Source: Candidatus Bathyarchaeia archaeon
GTDB lineage: Archaea > Thermoproteota > Bathyarchaeia > Bathyarchaeales > Bathycorpusculaceae
Length of the DNA: 64,000 nucleotides
NCBI GenBank assembly: GCA_038883715.1
Contig: JAVZLS010000003.1
Coordinates: 1 to 64,000 of the forward strand
Direction: 5' to 3'
Part shown: positions 57,458-64,000 of the stretch, piece by piece
Position numbering within the stretch: the stretch's first letter is position 1
Layout: the number at the start of each line of letters is the position of its first letter
The notes under the pieces: generated by a model
Told to the model about the DNA's origin: nothing
Database searches by the model: none
The model's input: only the letters and a program-made list of their open reading frames with translations
Translations under genes and position numbers: made by a program

Positions 57458-58474
57458 TTAAGATGGGACCTTAAAGGACTGGTTGATGGTAATTTCTGCA
57501 ATGTCCGCCGAATACTCCGCTATGCGCTGGATGCCGTCCCTAATGGAGCAGCACGCGCAAATAACCTCAGTGTCTTTTTCCTTCAAAAATGCTAGGGATG
57601 CTATCTCCCTATCCAATTTCTCTATTTTAGCCTGATTCTCAATAACCTCATTTGCCGTTTTCACATCCTTTGCGAAAAGGGAATTTACAGCGTTATCATA
57701 AAGCGCTAATGCGTCGCATCCAGCCGAATACATTTTCTCTAATAAGGGCCTTGAAACTTCTTTTCCGCCCCCTTCCATCATAATTACGTGTTTTGCTACA
57801 TTGGCGGCTTGATCTGAAACTTGTTCTATGCGGTGAATAAGCGTCTGATAATCTAAGCAGTCGATGGGTTCTACGGCAAGCTGGTTAGCCAACGCAGGAT
57901 CAACAGCTGCCCTACGCACTAGCCTCAGCAAGAAGAAGGAGAAGTGGTCAACCTCATCGTCTATCATATAAACTGACTTGGCAAGGGCTGCATCTTGTTC
58001 TTTAAGGGCTGTGAAGGCATCCCGGCACATCGAGCTTGATATTTTATACATCCTATTAATCCCGGTTTCAATGGACGCTTTAGACTCGTCTATGAGGGTT
58101 GCAATGTGCATCTCTTTGGTGTCTGCTTCCATTATCCGCATGTAAAGCATCTGCACAATCCTTCGAATGGCTTTCTGCTGAGGCACAGTGAAAAATTTGT
58201 CTGAAACAAGTCTAATGTTGGAATAACCATTTAAATAGCAGGCAATTATGCTGCGGATGACAAAGGATATGTCCTTCTCCGATTCAACACGGAGAGTTAT
58301 CTTGGCTGGTTCCCGCTCCTTCCGCGCCCCGGGAAAAACAACAAGGGAGCGGTCTCGGTTCATCGCAATGGAGACAACGTCGCCACTTTTAAGCTCATTT
58401 AACTCTGTCCAATATTTTGGAAGCGAAATGACAAGCGAAGAACGCCCGAGAGACATTATTTTACGCTGTTCCAT
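57458..58474 (-). CDS. AbrB-PhoU fusion regulator (archaeal phosphate-uptake-regulator type)
   Basis: RKIMSLGRSSLVISLPKYW AbrB domain, RSIIACYLNG, DDEVD, IEQVSD, RIAEYSADIAE. Confidence 0.88.
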   Translation of the reverse strand: MEQRKIMSLGRSSLVISLPKYWTELNELKSGDVVSIAMNRDRSLVVFPGARKEREPAKITLRVESEKDISFVIRSIIACYLNGYSNIRLVSDKFFTVPQQKAIRRIVQMLYMRIMEADTKEMHIATLIDESKASIETGINRMYKISSSMCRDAFTALKEQDAALAKSVYMIDDEVDHFSFFLLRLVRRAAVDPALANQLAVEPIDCLDYQTLIHRIEQVSDQAANVAKHVIMMEGGGKEVSRPLLEKMYSAGCDALALYDNAVNSLFAKDVKTANEVIENQAKIEKLDREIASLAFLKEKDTEVICACCSIRDGIQRIAEYSADIAEITINQSFKVPS

Positions 58475-58630
58475 CTAAACCTACCATGAAAACATTAACT
58501 AGAAAAGCCAAATATATATTTCTATAGACAATATAAGTTCAAGTTTTCCTCGGATTCTATTCGAATAGCTTAAATAGTTAAAATGAGGGATTTCCACCAA
58601 GGACTTAACAATGTTGGGTGGTGGAAAAGC

Positions 58631-58846
58631 TTGACCGAAGTTGTTGAGAAGGGTTTAAGGAAAATCGGGATAACGGTTTCCAAGCCAGTTTTAGCCATTA
58701 TATGCATAATTTTTGGCATAATAGTTATAGCGTGGAAGGAATCCCTAAACTTAATAGTTGGCATATTTCTGATAATTGAGGGCGTCTTAATGATAACAGA
58801 ATATCTGGAACTTAAAAGACAGCAACCGCCTCCCCCACCAACATAA
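58631..58846 (+). CDS. Small two-TM membrane protein (DUF3096-like)
   Basis: AIICIIFGIIVI...LNLIVGIFLIIEGVL; BRE/TATA CGAATAG-CTTAAATA at about 58562-58576 favours TTG 58631 over ATG 58583. Confidence 0.65.
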   Translation: MTEVVEKGLRKIGITVSKPVLAIICIIFGIIVIAWKESLNLIVGIFLIIEGVLMITEYLELKRQQPPPPPT

Positions 58847-58864
58847 ATTTACTCTTCCCATTTT

Positions 58865-60118
58865 TTGGCTCTTCCATTTCTGCAAAGTGGAGCAAGCTTG
58901 CCGTTGACAATCACAAAAATACGGAACTTCTTGGTTATAGGCATAGACACAACTTTTATTGCCGCTTCTGCAAAAAGCGCCGGATACAACGTTTACGCCG
59001 TTGACTATTTCGACGACGTTGACCTACAATGGACCTGCGACGATTACGAGTCCGCAATAAAGCATCGCAAAAGCGAAGGTGACGGAGATAAGAGCACCTT
59101 TTTTAACCCACAAGTTCTCTTTAAACTGGCAAAAAATTTTGTGAAAAAGCATAATATAGATGCAATTTTGCTCTCCTCAGGTCTTGACGACCAGTTCGAC
59201 ATCCTTTACGAGCTGAATCTCATAGCGCCGATACTGGGGAATTCGCCCAACATCATCAGAAAAGTTCGCGAAAAACAGAGATTCTTTAAAGAACTCAAGG
59301 CGCTAGGCATCCCCCATCCTGAAACAGTCGTTGTTAAAAGCTTTTTGAAAGCGAAGGAAGCCGCCGCCAAGATTGGGTACCCTATCGTCATTAAACCAAC
59401 CAGTGGCTTTGGAGGAATAGGAATAAAAGTTGCATCAAATTTTTCAGAACTAGCGGAAGCTTTATCATCAGCGTTTAAAACGGCTGGCAGAGTTGTTATC
59501 CAAAAACTGATTAGAGGCTTTCATGCAAGCATATCCCTTTTGGCTAATAAAAAAGAGGTTAAGATTTTGTCCATAAATGAGCAACTGTTAGGGTTGCCAT
59601 CGGTTTTTCAAGAGGAGCCTTTTGGCTATTGCGGTAATATCGTGCCTCTTCAAACAACCGAGTCACTTTTAGCAAAGTGTCAATTTATAGCTGAAAAAAT
59701 CGCCTTGCAATTTGACCTTATAGGTTCGAATGGCATTGACATTGTCATTTCAGAAGATGGAACACCATACGTGATAGAGGTTAACCCGCGGTTTCAGGGA
59801 ACTTTGGGCTGCATGGAGAGAGTTTTAGGAATAAATCTCGTCGATGCCCATGTCAAAGCTTGCCTACATAATGAACTGCCAACAGTAAAGCCGCCCTTAA
59901 ATTTTTGCACACGCCTCGTCTTGTATGCTCCTAAGCGCGCCGTGGTTCCAGACCTTACAACAATAAAAGAGGCGCGGAATATTCCTCCTCCTCAAAGCAT
60001 AATTGAAAAGGGAGAACCTTTATGCTCAGTTTTGGCTGAAGGGGAAAGCCGAGAAACATCCTTGCAAAAGGCCAGCGACCTAGCCAAGGCGATTTACAGT
60101 AAGTTACAGCCACTTTAA
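58865..60118 (+). CDS. ATP-grasp protein of the type found in H4MPT/methanofuran gene clusters
   Basis: AGYNVYAVDYFDDVDL, LGNSP, KPTSGFGG, QKLIRG..ASI, NEQLLG, FGYCGNIVP, GSNGID, EVNPRFQG. Confidence 0.8.
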   Translation: MALPFLQSGASLPLTITKIRNFLVIGIDTTFIAASAKSAGYNVYAVDYFDDVDLQWTCDDYESAIKHRKSEGDGDKSTFFNPQVLFKLAKNFVKKHNIDAILLSSGLDDQFDILYELNLIAPILGNSPNIIRKVREKQRFFKELKALGIPHPETVVVKSFLKAKEAAAKIGYPIVIKPTSGFGGIGIKVASNFSELAEALSSAFKTAGRVVIQKLIRGFHASISLLANKKEVKILSINEQLLGLPSVFQEEPFGYCGNIVPLQTTESLLAKCQFIAEKIALQFDLIGSNGIDIVISEDGTPYVIEVNPRFQGTLGCMERVLGINLVDAHVKACLHNELPTVKPPLNFCTRLVLYAPKRAVVPDLTTIKEARNIPPPQSIIEKGEPLCSVLAEGESRETSLQKASDLAKAIYSKLQPL

Positions 60119-60840
60119 ACGGGTAATTTCAATTTACGTGTGGCATTAATTATTGATGGACCTACTATGGATGTTATAAAAGCGGACAAACCCACTTTTA
60201 TTGGAGTTTCAACAGCCCCCAGCGCCCATATGGCTTGAAGCCCTCTGACTTCGATGCCGTAAAATAAATTATAGGTTTGGCATGGCACAAAAATGAAGAT
60301 GCGGAAGAGAACATCAGCCTCTAAGCCGATAAACACGCTTAAGGCGAGAATATAAATTAAACGTTTTTTGGAGTCAGTATCCCACAAACTTTTCCATTTT
60401 GACGTAACAACTGCCAAAAAGATTAAAGTGGCAAAGGCTAGGTAGACGTCCCACATCCCCCAAAATGGAAGTTGCCAAGAAACTGGCGCCGCGAAAAAGC
60501 CTCCTAAAAGGGCTAGGTAATATGTTAAAACTATGCCCCATCTTTTCCTAAAAGCGAATGCTGAAATCATAGCTCCAAGGGGAGCACCAAGGGTGAAAAG
60601 AAACTCGTATACATCAATGTAATTTATGAAGTGCCCAATCATGACTCCGATGAGGGTTGAAAGGAAGCCGGCCCATGGTCCAAGCAATATTCCAGTTATC
60701 GACTCAGATATGAAAATCCAGCTTAACCAGACTCCAGAATAGGGCAAAATTGGTGGAACAATCAGTGAGTCGCAAATTATATTGAAGGCGGCGCAAACAG
60801 AAATCAACGCGATGAAAGTTGACTTTCCAAGCTTTCCCAA
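60115..60840 (-). CDS. ECF S-component-like membrane protein
   Basis: Several TMs, GILLGPWAGFLSTLIG motif typical of S components. Confidence 0.6.
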   Translation of the reverse strand: MGKLGKSTFIALISVCAAFNIICDSLIVPPILPYSGVWLSWIFISESITGILLGPWAGFLSTLIGVMIGHFINYIDVYEFLFTLGAPLGAMISAFAFRKRWGIVLTYYLALLGGFFAAPVSWQLPFWGMWDVYLAFATLIFLAVVTSKWKSLWDTDSKKRLIYILALSVFIGLEADVLFRIFIFVPCQTYNLFYGIEVRGLQAIWALGAVETPIKVGLSAFITSIVGPSIINATRKLKLPV

Positions 60841-60904
60841 TTGAATTCCTTCACCGTCTTATTTTCTCCAACTAAAACATACCCGCATTTAATAATTTTC
60901 AATT

Positions 60905-61521
60905 TCAGCCTAGAAAAAGTTGGATGAGGAACATGATTAGTGCTGTTAATGCACCTACAGTTAACATTGCTATTCCGTAGAGCCATCTGTTCTCCTTTGC
61001 TATTTTGCCTAGGTATATGCCTAAAAGGAAAAGAACCGTCAAAGAAAGTGGTGTTGAAGCAATGTAAGCGTTAAATATGGAGATTATCCTCATGGATGCC
61101 AGAATGAAAGGTGTTAGCGAGATTATGGCTGTTAAGGCTGGCGATAATCCATCTATTAACGCTACATAGAAAACCACGAAGCGTGCCGCTTCATAATGTA
61201 CTGGGTCAACATGGTTTCTTGTTTTTTCCTCCATTTCCTTTAAGTGACGTTCTCTTTCGGCTTTTTCAGCCATAAAAGCCCGAAAAACCCGGAAACTCCC
61301 ATGGCAAGGCATGCGCCAAATCCGGCTAGCAAAATAACTTCTGGCTTTGCAACTCCAGCCATCCATGAGCCTAAAACTATGCCGAAGATTGTCATGGCGC
61401 CGTCAAAACCGTTCATTACAAAGTATCTTCTAGCCAATCCACTTGCCTTGGTTACATGGAGGTAAATCCTAACTTTCCTAAAGAGCTTTTTAAGAGAATT
61501 ACCCAACTGTTGACTTTTCAC
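60905..61521 (-). pseudogene. VIT1/CCC1 family metal transporter split by a frame break at about 61280 (or sequencing error)
   Basis: ARRYFVMNGFDG...LAMGVSGFFG continues in the -1 frame as AFMAEKAERE...DGLSP...LFLLGIYLGKI. Confidence 0.75.
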
Positions 61522-61632
61522 CCTTTAAGGGCGGATAGTTAAAGCCCATGTTTCAAACGCGGTTTTAATACCACAACTGTTTAATATAAAGCTTTAGAAT
61601 TCTCACTCAACTCTTTAAAAGGAGGAAAATAT

Positions 61633-62676
61633 GTGACCCTTGCAGAAACTTTGGAAAAACTCTCAAACGCTTGCGGAGTAGCCGGGAGAGAGGAGGAAGT
61701 CAGAAAACTCATGAAAAACATGCTAAAGCCCTATGTGGACGAAGTTAAGGAAGACAAGCTTGGAAATGTTATAGGCGTTAAAAAGGGCAAAAAAGACGCG
61801 CCTAAGGTTATGCTAGCAGCTCACATGGACGAGATCGGACTGTTTGTCAAGACTATTTCAAAAGAGGGATTCCTCCAGTTCACAAAAATCGGCGGCATAG
61901 ACGATCGAATACTACTCGCCCAAAAAGTGATAGTCCACACGGAAAAAGGTCCCTTGCATGGAATAATCGGCTCTAAGCCTCCTCACATACAAAAGGAGGA
62001 GGAACGCAAAAAGGTCATGACTTACGACGAACTTTTCATAGACATCGGGGCGGAAAACCAGGAAGAAGCCAAAAAGATGGGCGTAAAAATCGGAGACCCT
62101 GTAAGCTTTGACATAAAATTCGCCAAAATGAGCGACGACATAGTTATCGGAAAAGCCTTCGACGACCGAGTCGGCTGCGCAGTAATGGTTGAAGCAATGA
62201 AACAGCTCAAAGAGGCAGAATGCACAGTTTACGCTGTTGGAACAGTGCAAGAAGAGGTAGGCTTAAGAGGGGCAACAACAGCGGCATTTGGCATATACCC
62301 CGACGTGGGCATAGCCCTAGACGTTACCATAGCCGGCGACGTCCCAGGCGTAAAAGAGGTGGAAGCTCCGGTAAAGCTTCGGAAAGGTCCATCAATAACC
62401 GTTGCTGACTACGGGCTTATAACCCATCCAAAAGTTTTGCGGTTACTGGTTGACGTGGCAGAGGAAAACAAAATTCCATACCAACTTGAAACTGGTTTAC
62501 AGGGCTCAACAGACGCTGCCCGCATATCCCTAACAAGGGAAGGCGTTCCCAGTGGCGTCATATCGGTGCCGACACGCTACATTCACAGTCCGGCATCCCT
62601 ATTAAGCCTAAAGGATGCTGAAAATGCCGTCAAGCTAACAGTGGCAGCCATCAAAAAAATTCCAAAATGCTTCTAA
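61633..62676 (+). CDS. M42 family (TET) aminopeptidase
   Basis: AAHMDEIG, IGGID, GSKPPH, LFIDIGA, KAFDDRVG, VQEEVGLRGA, STDA, PTRYIHS. Confidence 0.95.
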   Translation: MTLAETLEKLSNACGVAGREEEVRKLMKNMLKPYVDEVKEDKLGNVIGVKKGKKDAPKVMLAAHMDEIGLFVKTISKEGFLQFTKIGGIDDRILLAQKVIVHTEKGPLHGIIGSKPPHIQKEEERKKVMTYDELFIDIGAENQEEAKKMGVKIGDPVSFDIKFAKMSDDIVIGKAFDDRVGCAVMVEAMKQLKEAECTVYAVGTVQEEVGLRGATTAAFGIYPDVGIALDVTIAGDVPGVKEVEAPVKLRKGPSITVADYGLITHPKVLRLLVDVAEENKIPYQLETGLQGSTDAARISLTREGVPSGVISVPTRYIHSPASLLSLKDAENAVKLTVAAIKKIPKCF

Positions 62677-62763
62677 ACTTCTTCATAAAATCGCTAATCC
62701 CCTTCATTTGTTGAACATAAAACAATTTAAAATCACAAGGCTTTTACTAATATCGACAAGGCT

Positions 62764-63201
62764 ATGCCAAGGAAAAGAAACTTTGAGTTTCTCGAACATA
62801 TGGCAGATGCGTATATCGCTGCCTACGGAAGAGACCTAGCTGAAGCTTTTGAAAACGCTGCCGCCGCCATGTTTGAGGTGATGACAGACATTGAGAAGGT
62901 AAACCCTGAAAACGAAGATTATGTTGAAGTTGAAGCGGCAGATGAGCATGCCCTACTTTATAACTGGCTTGAAGAACTCCTTGTTAAATCAGAGATCAAC
63001 GAAATGCTATATTCAAAATTCAAAATATTTGAGGTAACCAAAACGGCGGATGGTTTTAGGCTCAAAGCCAAAATATGGGGTGAGAAGTTTAACCCAGAAA
63101 AGCACCCTCAGAAGGTTGGCGTCAAGGCTGTCACATACCATCAAATGGAGATAATTCGGGAGCCAGATAAGACAACTGTGAAGTTTATACTTGACATTTA
63201 A
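62764..63201 (+). CDS. Archease
   Basis: FLEHMAD, AFENAA, LLYNWLEEL, GEKF, VKAVTYH, FILDI. Confidence 0.93.
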   Translation: MPRKRNFEFLEHMADAYIAAYGRDLAEAFENAAAAMFEVMTDIEKVNPENEDYVEVEAADEHALLYNWLEELLVKSEINEMLYSKFKIFEVTKTADGFRLKAKIWGEKFNPEKHPQKVGVKAVTYHQMEIIREPDKTTVKFILDI

Positions 63202-63854
63202 GCTAGGCCCAGTCTCTTCAACCCTTTTAAAATCTCTTGGACTATGACTTCTGGCGGTGTTTCTAGTTTTTCGCATTTAACTTCCACAAACGGAACCTTT
63301 TTCTTCCTATAATATTCTAGTAGGGGCTGTGTTTGCTTTTCATAAACCTCTATACGCTGTTTAATAACTTCGGGCTTGTCGTCTGAACGCTGATATAATG
63401 GTCCGCCACAGTGGTCGCAAACCATGTCGTTTTTTGGCTTTAAGAAGAGTAGGTTGTAGATGGCTCCACAGTTTTTGCATATCCTCCTAGAAGACAAACG
63501 TTTAATAATTATCCAGTCAGGAACTATGAGGTGGATTATTGCGTCTATTTTGGCTATTTCGCCAAGAGCCTTGGCTTGCTCAGTTGTTCTAGGATAGCCA
63601 TCTAAAATGAAGCCTTTGCCCTTTGGAATCTTAGTCAAGTTCTCCTTTAAAACTTCAAAGGTTATGTCATCCGGGACAAGCCAGCCCTTCTCCACATAAG
63701 CTTTCACTTTTATTCCTAACGGTGTATTCTCTTTTATCATTTCCCGAAAGATGTCGCCGGTGGCTATGACTGCAACGTTAAGTACATCCTTTAACCTTGA
63801 GGCATACGTTCCTTTCCCTGACCCCGGCGCGCCAAAGATTATCAGATTGACCAT
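63198..63854 (-). CDS. adk: Adenylate kinase (long type with Zn-binding LID)
   Basis: GAPGSGKGT, TGDIFR, LVPD, GFILDGYPRT, RRICKNCG...CDHCGG.LYQRSDD. Confidence 0.93.
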   Translation of the reverse strand: MVNLIIFGAPGSGKGTYASRLKDVLNVAVIATGDIFREMIKENTPLGIKVKAYVEKGWLVPDDITFEVLKENLTKIPKGKGFILDGYPRTTEQAKALGEIAKIDAIIHLIVPDWIIIKRLSSRRICKNCGAIYNLLFLKPKNDMVCDHCGGPLYQRSDDKPEVIKQRIEVYEKQTQPLLEYYRKKKVPFVEVKCEKLETPPEVIVQEILKGLKRLGLA

Positions 63855-63939
63855 CGCTTAACAGCATCCTTTCTTTGGTAATCTTGTAAGAGATTGAATA
63901 GAATTAAAAATATTTGCACGACCTGCATCCCATTCGGGG

Positions 63940-64000
63940 TTAACGGATGAGGAAAGATATCTCTTTAACAAGCGTTTCCGGGATTATTGCTTTACCCTTC
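63940..64000 (-). CDS. Possible C-terminus of a gene extending beyond the window
   Basis: Open frame ...KGKAIIPETLVKEISFLIR* ending at TAA 63940; too short to identify. Confidence 0.3.
   Translation of the reverse strand, partial: KGKAIIPETLVKEISFLIR

Noticed and set aside
55678-58576. Shared TTCGAATA motif upstream of mtdB and the DUF3096-like gene as a regulator site
   Set aside because: In both places it sits directly 5' of a TATA box and is adequately explained as a BRE
41211-63854. Two adenylate kinases as a novelty
   Set aside because: They belong to different known families (AK6/Fap7 ribosome-biogenesis type and LID-type Adk), so co-occurrence is unremarkable
1-64000. CRISPR arrays, IS elements, Sec/Pyl read-through
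   Set aside because: No regularly spaced repeats or transposase motifs seen; split genes change frame rather than reading through an in-frame TGA/TAG

Overview
Archaeal chromosomal window, most consistent with Bathyarchaeia (inferred from gene content: archaeal-type ThrRS/ProRS, aRF1, Pelota, TFE, Trm56, NAC, aMBF1, archease, frequent TTG/GTG starts, H4MPT C1 genes). It holds about 60 CDS, tRNA-Val(TAC), tRNA-Ala(GGC) and the RNase P RNA; no CRISPR array, transposase or integrase was seen. Main blocks: peptide/amino-acid catabolism (AOR, FAD oxidoreductase, AlaDH, IlvE); the conserved NAC-PUA-MBF1-HflX-Trm56-TFE cluster; a vapBC pair; a surface-glycan cluster; a TrmB / helical-protein pair / VWA / CbbQ-NorQ-type AAA+ cassette; an RNA-processing cluster; a tRNA-adjacent four-gene operon resembling a transcobalamin-like corrinoid capture system; and an H4MPT cluster with Ftr, an FpoF-like protein, F420-dependent Mtd and a bacterial-type NAD(P)-dependent MtdB-like enzyme fused to an extra N-terminal TraB/Tiki-like domain. 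The last three blocks named (AAA+ cassette, corrinoid operon, H4MPT cluster) are the best candidates for undescribed systems. Several genes show single-base frame breaks at short homopolymers, probably sequencing errors, although one sits on a canonical -1 slippery heptamer. All family assignments come from motif recognition by eye, not database searches.
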